50,390 nucleotides of DNA, from IMG/VR virus record IMGVR_UViG_3300020215_000876, positions 1-50,390 of that record; one strand, written 5' to 3'. Made by a program: the position numbers and the translations under genes. Shown here one piece after another: positions 25,374-34,678 of this stretch. How positions within the stretch are numbered: the first letter of the stretch is position 1; each line of letters opens with the position of its first letter. This DNA is from a virus (lineage: Duplodnaviria; Caudoviricetes). Below the pieces are notes generated by a model. The model saw nothing but the letters and a program-made list of their open reading frames with translations. It made no database searches and had not been told where the DNA came from.

Positions 25374-27199
25374 TGAAAGCATTCGAGATCGGGCCCGGCC
25401 TGAAGTGCGACGCGGATCGCCTCGTTGCCAGTCGGCTGTTGGTACAGGCGAATTCCGGTGGCGGCAAGACACGCACGCTGCGCCGGCTGCTCGAGCAAAG
25501 CCACGGCAAGCTGCAGCACCTGGTCATCGACCCGGAAGGCGAGTACCACACCCTCCGGGAGAAGTTCGATTACGTGCTGGCAGCGCCAACAGGCGGCGAC
25601 ACCGTGGCGCACCCGCGAACGGCCGCCATGCTCGCCGAGCGGTTGCTGCAGTTGAACGTCTCAGCCATCCTCGACATCTACGAGCTCAACCCAGATCAGC
25701 GCGTGTTGTTCGTGCAGCGGTTCCTGGACGCGCTGGTGAACGCACCGCGGGACCTGTGGCATCCGGCGCTGATCGTCCTGGACGAGGCGCACGTCTACGC
25801 GCCGGAAGGGAAGGAGAACGCGAGCACCGCGGCCGTGAAGGCGATGGCGTCGCGCGGCCGCAAGCGCGGCTTCTGTCTGGTACCGGCTACGCAACGACTC
25901 GCGAAGTTGTCGAAGGACGTCGCCGCGGAGTGCAACAACAAGCTGATTGGTCGCTGCACGCTCGACGTCGACATCAAGCGCGCCGCCGAAGAACTCGGCT
26001 TCACCACGAACGAACAGAAGCAGGGCCTGCGGCAGCTCGAGCCAGGTCAGTTCTACGCCTACGGGCCGGCGTTCGACGTCACCACGCCGATGTTGGTGCG
26101 CGTTGGGCCGGTGAAGTCCCATCATCCAGAGCCAGGGCAAAAGGCCGCACCGGTGCCGGCGCCGACCGAGAAGGTCAAAAAGGTGCTGCAACAGTTGGCC
26201 GACCTGCCGGCAGAAGCCGAGGAGCGTGAGCGTTCCATTTCGGAGCTGCGAAAAGACAACGCCGACAAGGCGCGTCGCATCAAGCAGTTGGAGGCGGAAC
26301 GCGCAAAAGCGACGCCGAATATTCCCGTAAATATTCCGGCTGCGAGGCCGGTCCCGGCGCTGACCGATGCCGATCGCAAGTCAATCGAGAAGCTCGTCGC
26401 CGCTTATCAATCGTCGGTGAATGGCGCACGAGAGGCGTTGGCCGGCGCGGAACAGCGCATTCGGGACGGCGTTCGAGTGGCGCTCGACGAGCATCTGGCG
26501 TCGTTACGCGCCGCTACGGCTGACATCCTCACCGAAATAGAACGACGTGCCGACCAACCGAGCGTCAAGAAGTTGCTCGAGAAGTTGAACGGATTGGCGG
26601 TTGTTCCGCGAAGCGTTGTACCAGCGCCGATCCGCCAAGTGACCGCGCCGCGCGGGTCCAACAATCGCACAGGTTCCACGTCGATCGCCCCGGTCCAAGG
26701 CCCCAGGCCAGATGCAGCGCAAGGTCTTCAGGAGCCAGAACAACGCATCCTCGATTCCCTCGCCTGGTGGAAGGCCGCCGGAATCGAGCGACCGACGCGG
26801 GTACAGGTCGCATTCGGTGCGCGCTATACGCTGAACGGCCACGTCAATAACACGTTGGGAGGCCTGCGGACCAAGGGCCTGATCGATTACCCGGACCGCG
26901 GCGCCGTGTCGTTGACGGAGGCCGGCGCCGCGTTGGCGAACACTCCAAGCGTTGCCGCCGATCGCGATGAGTTGATCCGCCGTGCCCTCGAAGTCCTGCG
27001 AGAGGAGCCGCAGCAACGCCTGTTCCGCGCCTTGGTCAGCGCCGAAGCCGAGATGCTGACCCGCGAAGAACTCGCCCACGCCTGTAACTACACGCTCAAC
27101 GGGCACGTCAACAACACGCTCGGGTCCTTACGCAGCATTGGGTTGATCGATTATCCGCGCCGCGGATTCGTCGCCCTCTCGGAAATGTTCAATGTGTAA
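25373..27199 (+). CDS. HerA/FtsK-family ATPase with coiled coil and two C-terminal winged-helix-like repeats
   Basis: Walker A ANSGGGKT, IDPEGEY, Walker B IVLDEAH, RGRKRG, ATQR; YTLNGHVNNTLG-LR--GLIDYP occurs twice. Confidence 0.88.
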   Translation: MKAFEIGPGLKCDADRLVASRLLVQANSGGGKTRTLRRLLEQSHGKLQHLVIDPEGEYHTLREKFDYVLAAPTGGDTVAHPRTAAMLAERLLQLNVSAILDIYELNPDQRVLFVQRFLDALVNAPRDLWHPALIVLDEAHVYAPEGKENASTAAVKAMASRGRKRGFCLVPATQRLAKLSKDVAAECNNKLIGRCTLDVDIKRAAEELGFTTNEQKQGLRQLEPGQFYAYGPAFDVTTPMLVRVGPVKSHHPEPGQKAAPVPAPTEKVKKVLQQLADLPAEAEERERSISELRKDNADKARRIKQLEAERAKATPNIPVNIPAARPVPALTDADRKSIEKLVAAYQSSVNGAREALAGAEQRIRDGVRVALDEHLASLRAATADILTEIERRADQPSVKKLLEKLNGLAVVPRSVVPAPIRQVTAPRGSNNRTGSTSIAPVQGPRPDAAQGLQEPEQRILDSLAWWKAAGIERPTRVQVAFGARYTLNGHVNNTLGGLRTKGLIDYPDRGAVSLTEAGAALANTPSVAADRDELIRRALEVLREEPQQRLFRALVSAEAEMLTREELAHACNYTLNGHVNNTLGSLRSIGLIDYPRRGFVALSEMFNV

Positions 27200-27230
27200 A
27201 GTCGCGTCGAACGGAGAAGTCACGAGCGCG

Positions 27231-27491
27231 TTAGCCGCCCATGACGACCGCGTCGTAGCCCTTCAGGGTCACCACCTGCTCGACGTAGGCGATGCGGTTA
27301 GCGGCGAAGCCCGCCACAACCTCAGCCAACCCGCTGTTTTCGTCAAGCCGGACCCACGCGCGAGCCTCTTCGATGTCGCGCAGGGCAAGCCTCAGATGCT
27401 CGCGCAGGAACTCTGCCTTCACTTTAGTCAGCAGGCCATTGGCTATCGCTTCCATTTCATCCAGGCGAGTCGTGAAGACGGTATCGGTCAT
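27231..27491 (-). CDS. Helical hypothetical protein (moron)
   Basis: 86-aa ORF; TACAAT 8 nt upstream of the ATG. Confidence 0.65.
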   Translation of the reverse strand: MTDTVFTTRLDEMEAIANGLLTKVKAEFLREHLRLALRDIEEARAWVRLDENSGLAEVVAGFAANRIAYVEQVVTLKGYDAVVMGG

Positions 27492-27493
27492 AG

Positions 27494-27507
27494 AGGGAGA
27501 TTGTAGG
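27494..27507. promoter_or_regulatory. Dual-use element AGGGAGATTGTAGG, copy 2
   Basis: Lies between divergent starts at 27491 and 27508. Confidence 0.6.
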
Positions 27508-27678
27508 ATGGGGAACAGGAAGCAACCAACACCGCGGCCGAGGAGCAAGGTAAAGGCGCCGCCTCCATCCGCGCCGCCATGCCCTATCGTTCCACTTGGC
27601 ACGCAGTGGTCGTTTCTGCGCTGCGAGAAGCGTAAGGGGCATTCCGGCGTGTGTTCACGCGGGCGCTTGGCATGGTGA
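27508..27678 (+). CDS. Small basic Cys/His protein
   Basis: GGAG SD; C...RCEKRKGHSGVC. Confidence 0.5.
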   Translation: MGNRKQPTPRPRSKVKAPPPSAPPCPIVPLGTQWSFLRCEKRKGHSGVCSRGRLAW

Positions 27679-27899
27679 AGCTCCCCGATCCGGAACGCTG
27701 CCCGCGTTGTCAACGCGAAGGCTACGTTGTGGAAAGCCGGCGCGTTGCGCGCATCGGCAAGGGCAAGCACGCCAAGGTCGGCGCCGGCCTGTGTTATCGC
27801 AAGCGTCGACGTCGTTGTGCGACCTGCAAACTTCGCTGGAATAGCTACGAGACCGTCATAGATCCCGCCAAAATCAAACTTAGAACACCAGCTAGCTAG
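27672..27899 (+). CDS. NrdR-like Zn-ribbon protein, possible late-gene regulator
   Basis: CPRC...VVESR...RRRRCATCKLRWNSYE. Confidence 0.75.
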   Translation: MVKLPDPERCPRCQREGYVVESRRVARIGKGKHAKVGAGLCYRKRRRRCATCKLRWNSYETVIDPAKIKLRTPAS

Positions 27900-27970
27900 C
27901 GTTGTTGGGCTAGCCGTCTCTACATATTCCATTCTGATTTCGTTCCTACAACTTCGCGGGAGAGATCCGA

Positions 27971-28276
27971 ATGAACAGACGAGGGTTCATCGGCGCACTG
28001 GCAGGTCTGCCTTTCGCGGCCGTTGTCCAGCCGAAGGTCGGCCTGCCAGCGGTCTCGAGTCCGCCTTCTCATACGACCTGCAGCGTCAGCGGAGCGAGCG
28101 CCTATCGCTTCTATTCGGCCAATGAGATCAGGCGTGCCGAAGGACTCAGTGTCACGATCTGCTGCGATACCACCGAGTTCCGACGGGAATTGGCGCTCGC
28201 CCAGTGTGAGATTGAGGGTATCGAGCAACAACTGACCGCGGCTTTGCACCGCGGCATCCGCGTGGAGCGCTCGTGA
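27971..28276 (+). CDS. Protein with twin-arginine-like N-terminus
   Basis: MNRRGFIGALAGLPFAAVVQP; GGAG SD. Confidence 0.65.
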   Translation: MNRRGFIGALAGLPFAAVVQPKVGLPAVSSPPSHTTCSVSGASAYRFYSANEIRRAEGLSVTICCDTTEFRRELALAQCEIEGIEQQLTAALHRGIRVERS

Positions 28277-28622
28277 TCAGCCGCCGATCCCTGTTCGGCC
28301 TGACCTTCGGTGGTGCCGTGGCAACGGCTCTTCCTGCTTCACCAGAGAAGCGGTCAAGCCGGCGCCACCGATCCGCCTCACCATCGGCGAGCACGGTCAC
28401 GCCTGCAAGGTGGAGATCGCCGGTGTCGACGTGTCGCACATGTGCCGGTCCGCGCGCATCGCGGCCGACGCCGGCGACGTCACCCGCCTGCAGCTCGACA
28501 TGCTGGTGCTGAAGGACAGCGAGATCGTTGTAGAGCCCGGCACGATGGACGTTACCGTGCGCAACCTGTCGCGGCGTCTCCGCTTTGAGGCGGATCAGGT
28601 GCGCGTCAAGGCCGACGTGTGA
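28273..28622 (+). pseudogene. Twin-arginine-like protein with an apparent frameshift near 28340
   Basis: MISRRSLFGLTFGGAVATALPA in one frame; the protein-like body (EAVKPAPPIRLTIGEHG...KADV) is in another. Confidence 0.5.
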
Positions 28623-29003
28623 GTGCCGAAGCCTCTACGCGTCTGTCCGTGCGGATGCGGCGCCCTGGTGTCGAAGGGACGCTGCCAGGCCTCGAGCCGC
28701 CAGCGAGAGCGATGGCGAGGCAGCAGCCGCGCCCGCGGCTACGACTCCGCATGGGAGAAGGACGCCCGGCTATTCAAGAAGTTCTACCCGTTCTGCGGGA
28801 TGCGGCCGAACGGCGAAGCCCCGGTGATGAGCAGGTGCCACGACGAGGGGCGGGTGACGCCGGCCTACCAGGTCGACCACGTCGTGCCGCATCGCGGAGA
28901 CCCAACGCTGTTCAAGGACCGAAGCCAGCCCGTGAAACGTCAGCCCAACTGGCAAAGCCTCTGCCAGTCCTGCGGCGCCGCGAAGTCCGCCGCCGGTCTG
29001 TGA
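28623..29003 (+). CDS. Packaging-associated HNH endonuclease
   Basis: RGYDSAW...YPFC...VDHVVPHRGD...NWQSLCQSC, directly before terS. Confidence 0.9.
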   Translation: MPKPLRVCPCGCGALVSKGRCQASSRQRERWRGSSRARGYDSAWEKDARLFKKFYPFCGMRPNGEAPVMSRCHDEGRVTPAYQVDHVVPHRGDPTLFKDRSQPVKRQPNWQSLCQSCGAAKSAAGL

Positions 29004-29099
29004 CTCGTCAGCGCAGCGGGACGGCAGACCATCCCAATCACGAACAGATCCGAAATGTGCGCGGTGGAATCGCGAAACTTCGCGGGTATACCGGTCCAA

Positions 29100-29185
29100 T
29101 TTTTCGCCAGTCTTTGCGCCCCGGAACCGCCCCCGTGTCGGTTGGGAAAGTTTGCACCACTAAAGGCGAAAAACCGGTGCAAATC
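29100..29185. other. Candidate cos site
   Basis: Non-coding gap between HNH and terS; AACCG-N9-CGGTT dyad at 29125-29143 and TTTGCACC/GGTGCAAA inverted repeat. Confidence 0.4.
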
Positions 29186-29187
29186 CG

Positions 29188-29709
29188 ATGAAGCGGCGGA
29201 CGCGTCGTTGGTCGCAGGTGCAGGGTGAGGCGAAGCGCCTCGCGTCGATCGGTTGCACGCCGAAGGAGATCGCTGAGCAGCTCGACGTTGACAAGTCGAC
29301 GGTGACGCGCTGGATCGCGAAGAAGAAGCTCACTTTGTCGTCGAACGTGGTGGACATGCCGCCGGCGAGCACGATGAAGAAGCCCGCTGAGTGGGCGAAA
29401 GCGATCCGCGACGAATACGCGCTCGACGAGACCGACGATCAACTCGTGACGATGGCGGAGGCGGCCGCCGCGATCGCGAATGACTCGTCTGCGAAACGGA
29501 GCGAACGCCTCAATGCGATGCGCACGTTCCGCGGCATCGTTGGCCAGCTCCGGCTGGTGGCGCGCAGTGCCGCCGCGTCAGCTACGGAAGAACAGCAGCA
29601 GCCGGTCGCGGTGAAGGCCACGCCGGCGCCGCCACCGAAGGCAAAGAATCCGCCTGTGCGTCGCAGGTCAACCGTAGACCCGCGAACGCATCTGAGGGCG
29701 GTGAAGTGA
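29188..29709 (+). CDS. terS: Terminase small subunit
   Basis: N-terminal HTH (EIAEQLDVDKSTVTRW); directly upstream of and coupled to terL. Confidence 0.75.
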   Translation: MKRRTRRWSQVQGEAKRLASIGCTPKEIAEQLDVDKSTVTRWIAKKKLTLSSNVVDMPPASTMKKPAEWAKAIRDEYALDETDDQLVTMAEAAAAIANDSSAKRSERLNAMRTFRGIVGQLRLVARSAAASATEEQQQPVAVKATPAPPPKAKNPPVRRRSTVDPRTHLRAVK

Positions 29710-31412
29710 TTCTCACTGTGCCGATCGACAAGGTGCTCTATCCGACGCTTGGGCCGCAGGTCTGCGCGTTCATGGAAGAGAACTTGTGCTTCGGACCTGG
29801 TGATCTGCGCGGACAGCCGCTGGTGCTCGATGACGAGCGGCGAGGTCTGATCTACAGCCTCTACGAGATCGAGCCGCAGTACATCAAAGACGGTCGACGA
29901 CGATTGAAGAGTCCGCGCGCGGGCCGACGTCGTTTTCAGCGTGCGGGCCTGTCGCTCGCGAAGGGTAAAGCGAAGACCGAGCTTGCCGCATTGATCGCGG
30001 CCTGCGAGCTACACCCTGATGCACCGGTGCGCTGCACCGGCTGGACGAAAGGCGGCGAGCCGATCGGTGGCCCGGTCGACGATCCATACATCCCGATGTT
30101 CGCCGTGAGCGAGGAACAGTCCGACGAGCTCGCGTTCGGGGCGCTGCGCGTGATCCTCGAGTTGAGCCATTTGAAGGACGACTTCGACATCGGGCTCGCG
30201 CGGATCATGCGCTTGAAGGGTGATGGTAAAGCGGAATCGCTCGCGCAGAATCCAGACGCTAGCGATGGCGCCCGCACGACGTTCACCGTTTTCGACGAGA
30301 CGCACCGCTTCACGATGAGGCGGTTCATCGAGACCCACTCGACGATGTTGAACAACCTGCCGAAGCGCAAGAAGGCGAATGCGTGGGCCTTGGAAATTAC
30401 GACTGCGCCAGAGCCTGGCGCGGGATCGGTCGCTGAAGCGACGATGAATTATGCGCAGCAGATTGCTGACGGCAAGATCAAGAACGCCTCGTTCTTCTAC
30501 TTCCACATGCAGGCCGGCGATTACCACGACTTGAAAACGCCGGAAGGTCGGCGCGCCGCGGTGATCGAGGCCTCCGGCGCAGCCGCGGAGTGGCGCGACA
30601 TCGACGGCATTGTGTCGCTCTACGATGCGCCCGATTGGGACAAGCAGTACTGGGAACGCGTGTGGTGCAACCGGATGGTGCAGGGCTCCACGCAGGCGTT
30701 TGACGTGCAGCACGTCAAGACGCTGCAGGTAGTCCGGTCAATCGGGTCACGGAAGGAACTGATCACGCTCGGCTTCGACGGCGCGATGTTTCATGACAGC
30801 ACGGGCCTTGTGGCGACACACATCAAGACCGGATTCCAGTGGAAGGCCGGATTGTGGGAATGCCCGCCAGGCGGCGACAAGTTTGATCCGCCATGGCAGG
30901 TGCCGGAAAACGAAGTGGACGAAACAGTAAAGCGGTTGTTCTCGACCTACAACGTCTGGCGCATGTATGCGGACCCGCCCTACTGGGCGTCGTGGATCTC
31001 GAAGTGGGTCGGTGACTTCGGGAAGGACCGCGTGGTCGAGTGGTTCACGAATCGCCGACAGCCGATGGCGGCCGCGCTGAAGACGTACGAGACCGCCCTG
31101 AAGACCGGCGCGCTCTCGCACGATGGCGATCCTGATCTGCTCAGGCACATCGGGAACGCGCGCAAGCAAGAGATCCCAGGCTGGAAGGACGAGAAAGGCC
31201 AGTCGTTCTGGCTGATTCGCAAAGAGCATCCGGAATCGCCAAAGAAGATCGACTTGGCGATGGCATCGGTTCTGAGCTGGGAAGCGCGGAAGGATGCGCT
31301 TGCGGCTGGGTTGTTAAAAGTTCGTAGCGGTGAACGAGGGAGGGCACGTGTTTGGACGCCTGAAGGATTTCGGGACATCGATCCGGGACCGCAGCCGGCG
31401 GCTCCGGCGTAA
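29706..31412 (+). CDS. terL: Terminase large subunit
   Basis: KGKAKTE Walker A, VFDETH Walker B, LGFDG and KKIDLA nuclease aspartates. Confidence 0.93.
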   Translation: MILTVPIDKVLYPTLGPQVCAFMEENLCFGPGDLRGQPLVLDDERRGLIYSLYEIEPQYIKDGRRRLKSPRAGRRRFQRAGLSLAKGKAKTELAALIAACELHPDAPVRCTGWTKGGEPIGGPVDDPYIPMFAVSEEQSDELAFGALRVILELSHLKDDFDIGLARIMRLKGDGKAESLAQNPDASDGARTTFTVFDETHRFTMRRFIETHSTMLNNLPKRKKANAWALEITTAPEPGAGSVAEATMNYAQQIADGKIKNASFFYFHMQAGDYHDLKTPEGRRAAVIEASGAAAEWRDIDGIVSLYDAPDWDKQYWERVWCNRMVQGSTQAFDVQHVKTLQVVRSIGSRKELITLGFDGAMFHDSTGLVATHIKTGFQWKAGLWECPPGGDKFDPPWQVPENEVDETVKRLFSTYNVWRMYADPPYWASWISKWVGDFGKDRVVEWFTNRRQPMAAALKTYETALKTGALSHDGDPDLLRHIGNARKQEIPGWKDEKGQSFWLIRKEHPESPKKIDLAMASVLSWEARKDALAAGLLKVRSGERGRARVWTPEGFRDIDPGPQPAAPA

Positions 31413-31635
31413 CGTCGGCACCACAGTGGCGCGATCGTGGAGCGGGGTGCGCCACGTGATCGGGCTTGACGAGCTGCACTTCTACGGCGCGCTCGCGCTC
31501 GTGGCGATCGGGTGCTGGGATCTGTGGCGACCGGGTTCGTTCCTGATTCCCGCGTTCGTGTTGTTGTGGGTCTCCACGCCGCAGCGTCACGCCTTTGTCG
31601 TTCGCCCGCACGAACCGCCGAAGAAGGGGAATTAA
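31348..31635 (+). CDS. Small membrane protein between terL and portal
   Basis: GGAGG SD before GTG 31348; two hydrophobic segments. Confidence 0.6.
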   Translation: MFGRLKDFGTSIRDRSRRLRRNVGTTVARSWSGVRHVIGLDELHFYGALALVAIGCWDLWRPGSFLIPAFVLLWVSTPQRHAFVVRPHEPPKKGN

Positions 31636-31638
31636 CCG

Positions 31639-33270
31639 ATGGGTGCACTCTCTCGATTGCAGACCGTGCGCGGACCAGGCCGGGCGATGGCCGAGACAGC
31701 GAAGCAGCGCAGCGACCGCATGTGGGTGTCGCCCGAAGGCTTCATGCTGCCGGATTCGGCGTATTACGTCACGCCGGAGCTCGCGCTGACGCTGTCGCAT
31801 CTGTACTGCGCTGTCGACATCATCAGTGGCGACTTTGGGACGATGACCTGTCAACTTTTTCGCGACCTTGGCGAGGATGGCAAGTCAAAGATCCGATCGT
31901 CCGACGCCGGCATCGGCCGGTTGGCGTATCAGTTGCGGTGGGCGCCGAACAACTGGCAGACGGCAAAGGCGTTTTGGAGCACGTTGGCGTGGCAATACTG
32001 CCTTCGACCGGCGTGCTACGCCGAGATCAAATACCGCCCGGGGTCGGACAGCCTGATCGAACAGCTGTTGCCGCGCCATCCTGATCGCGTGCGAGAGGAA
32101 CGGCTGCCGAGTAGTCGTGTGCGATTCCGCCTCACGGAGCCAGACGGGTCGTTCCGGTGGGTGACGCAGGACGAAATGCTCTGCGTCCGCAATACGTCCA
32201 CCGACGGACTCAATGCCATCAGCCGAATCCAGTACGGCGCAAAAGCGGTCGCCACCGCGATCGCCCTCCAGGAGTTTACCCGCAACTACTTCGAGCATGG
32301 GGCGACCGCGGCACTGATCGCCACCTACAAGGGCGGCGAGATGGAGCCGCACGAGGAAGAAAACTACCACCGGCGCATCACCCGGTTCATGAACGGCACC
32401 GACAACGCCGGCGGGATCTTCCTGACGCCGGAGGACCTCGAAGTCAAGAACCTGGGCGTCGAGCCAGAAAAGGCGCAGCTGCTGGGGCTGAAGAACATCA
32501 GCGGCCGTGACATCGCGCGCATGTTCAAGATTCCGGCGAACTGGCTCGCCATCGAGGGAGCGCAGTCCTACAACTCGAGCGTCCAGGACACGCTCTACTA
32601 CTCGCAACGCTGCCAAACGCCGATTGTCGTGGAATTCGAACAGGCCATTCAGCGGGACTTGCTGGTGGCGCCGGAGGGGTTCTTCGCGAAATTCAACATG
32701 GATTATCTGATGCGCGCGACGCTGAAAGAGCGGATGGAGTCTTACGAAATCGGTATCCGCGCTCGAGTCATCCGACCGAGCGAGGCGCGACAGCTCGAGG
32801 ACCTCAACGCGGATGAGGAACTCGATCAATTGTCGGCGCTCGACCATCGAGCCGGCAGCCAGCGAGACGGCGCCGACAATAGGCCGAAGCAGGCGACCAC
32901 CGTCGCGACGCCGGTGAGTGTGCGCGCCATGCTATTCGCGCATGACAACGCGCATCGCGTGCTCCGCCGTGAAAAGGGGGCGATCGAGAAGATCGCGAAA
33001 AAGCACGCCGACGATGTGGACGGGTGGAAAGCCGAGTTGAAGTCGTTCTATGCCGACCACGCGAACGTCATCGCGGAAACCATGCGGTTGCCGATCGACA
33101 CCGCCAGGGCGGTCGCGGCGCGGCACGGCAGGGCGCTCGAGAACGGCGGCATTCTTGTTATGGATGAGCACTGGGAGCGCCATGAAGCCGAGGCGCTCGT
33201 GACGCTGGCCATGGATCCGGATTCATCGCTGACGCGGCTCGCCGACGTCGCACAGGAGATCGCATCATGA
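31639..33270 (+). CDS. HK97-family portal protein with C-terminal extension
   Basis: PNNWQTA, HPDRV, DIARMFKIP, EARQLEDL. Confidence 0.93.
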   Translation: MGALSRLQTVRGPGRAMAETAKQRSDRMWVSPEGFMLPDSAYYVTPELALTLSHLYCAVDIISGDFGTMTCQLFRDLGEDGKSKIRSSDAGIGRLAYQLRWAPNNWQTAKAFWSTLAWQYCLRPACYAEIKYRPGSDSLIEQLLPRHPDRVREERLPSSRVRFRLTEPDGSFRWVTQDEMLCVRNTSTDGLNAISRIQYGAKAVATAIALQEFTRNYFEHGATAALIATYKGGEMEPHEEENYHRRITRFMNGTDNAGGIFLTPEDLEVKNLGVEPEKAQLLGLKNISGRDIARMFKIPANWLAIEGAQSYNSSVQDTLYYSQRCQTPIVVEFEQAIQRDLLVAPEGFFAKFNMDYLMRATLKERMESYEIGIRARVIRPSEARQLEDLNADEELDQLSALDHRAGSQRDGADNRPKQATTVATPVSVRAMLFAHDNAHRVLRREKGAIEKIAKKHADDVDGWKAELKSFYADHANVIAETMRLPIDTARAVAARHGRALENGGILVMDEHWERHEAEALVTLAMDPDSSLTRLADVAQEIAS

Positions 33271-34367
33271 TGAACGACTTCGCGAAAGTACTGAGCTCGA
33301 CCTGGTTGATTGATCCGGCCCATCTGCGGCCCCTAATGGAACGCGTCGCCGCTGCATCGCCGGAGGCTGTCGCTGCGGCCGTGCAGGCGTATCGAGACCC
33401 GCAACCGAAGATGATCGGCGACATCGCGGTCATCGAATGCAATGGGCCGATCACCGGCCGCAATTCGTGGTTCTCGATGTGGTACGGGTCATCGACCATC
33501 GAGAGCATGCAGGCACAGTTCCGTCTGGCACTCGCGGATCCCAACGTGAAGACGATCGTGTTTCGAGCCGATACGCCTGGCGGCACGATCGACCTTGCCC
33601 CAGAATTCGCGGACGAACTGTACGCGGCGCGCGAACTGAAGAACATCATCGTCGTAGCGGACACCTGCATCGCGTCGCTTGGGACGTGGCTATTCTCGCA
33701 GTGCTCGACCATTTACGTCCCGCGCAGCGGTCAAATCGGCAGCTGCGGCGCATACCTGCTGCATCAAGACATCTCAAAGATGCTCGAGAACTGGGGCATC
33801 AAGATGACGTTCATCTACGCGGGCGAGCACAAGGTCGAAGGCAACATGTTTGAGCCGCTCAGCGACGATGCCAAAACGCATTTCCAGGACGAGATCAACC
33901 AAGTCAAGGGATGGTTCGACGCCGCACTGGCGCGCGCGCGCGGTGTGAGCGTGAAGCACGTTCTTGAGAACTTTGGCCAAGGCCGCATGTTCTACGGTCA
34001 GGCCGCGGTGAAGGCCGGACTGGCGGATAAGGTCGCCACCTTCGACGCAGTCATCGGGCGGCTGCAAGGTCGCAAGCGGACCGGCGTACCAGTCGCAACC
34101 GCGTCGGCGGTGCAGGCGACGGGCGATCACATCAACGAGGGTGACGGCGGGCCGACCATGATGGCCGACGATGTCGCCAGGAACGCGACAACGCCGTCAG
34201 CCGACGTCCCCGCGAGCGCCGCAGTTGAACCTGACGTCGATGGCCAGTGCCCAGAGGGGTACGAGCTCCGAGACGGCCAGTGCCATCGGCGCAACGATGA
34301 CGACGAGGACGCCCGCGCTGCCGCCGAGCGTGACGCCGTGAACATCGCGATTGCGCTGAGCGAATGA
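33267..34367 (+). CDS. S49-family (SppA/ClpP-like) prohead protease
   Basis: DTPGG, IASLGTW, GQIGSCG, AGEHKVEG, GLADKV. Confidence 0.9.
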   Translation: MMNDFAKVLSSTWLIDPAHLRPLMERVAAASPEAVAAAVQAYRDPQPKMIGDIAVIECNGPITGRNSWFSMWYGSSTIESMQAQFRLALADPNVKTIVFRADTPGGTIDLAPEFADELYAARELKNIIVVADTCIASLGTWLFSQCSTIYVPRSGQIGSCGAYLLHQDISKMLENWGIKMTFIYAGEHKVEGNMFEPLSDDAKTHFQDEINQVKGWFDAALARARGVSVKHVLENFGQGRMFYGQAAVKAGLADKVATFDAVIGRLQGRKRTGVPVATASAVQATGDHINEGDGGPTMMADDVARNATTPSADVPASAAVEPDVDGQCPEGYELRDGQCHRRNDDDEDARAAAERDAVNIAIALSE

Positions 34368-34678
34368 TGTTGGATACCGCCGGCCCAGACCGCCGGCAAT
34401 CGGTACTCGCGGACCGCCGGGCGAGTCCGCGCGTATCTGTTGATACCGGAGAGATTCAAGAACGCCGGCGCCGCGGTCGCCCATCAGTTGATCCGACCGG
34501 GCGATCCGAGCGCATCAGCACCCGCGTAAGTCAGGAAACGTTCGACGCGTTGTGTCGACGCGCGAGCCAGCGCGGAAAGGAACTTGCTGAACACGTGCGC
34601 GAATTGCTCGATCGCGACGCCGCAATCGAGAGTTCTGTCGCCAAAACTCGACTTTCCGACCAATCGGTCCCACTCTAG
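34364..34678 (+). CDS. Ribbon-helix-helix DNA-binding protein
   Basis: RGRP...ISTRVSQETFDALCRRASQRGKELAEHVRELL. Confidence 0.7.
   Translation: MMLDTAGPDRRQSVLADRRASPRVSVDTGEIQERRRRGRPSVDPTGRSERISTRVSQETFDALCRRASQRGKELAEHVRELLDRDAAIESSVAKTRLSDQSVPL

Noticed and set aside
25358-25612. N-terminal extension of the nuclease ORF
   Set aside because: Overlaps the HerA Walker A region; ATG 25357 with a -10 box is the better start.
29144-29187. Cobalamin riboswitch-like GGGAA...CGGTGCAAATCCG
   Set aside because: Other conserved B12-box elements are absent, and the context is the packaging region.
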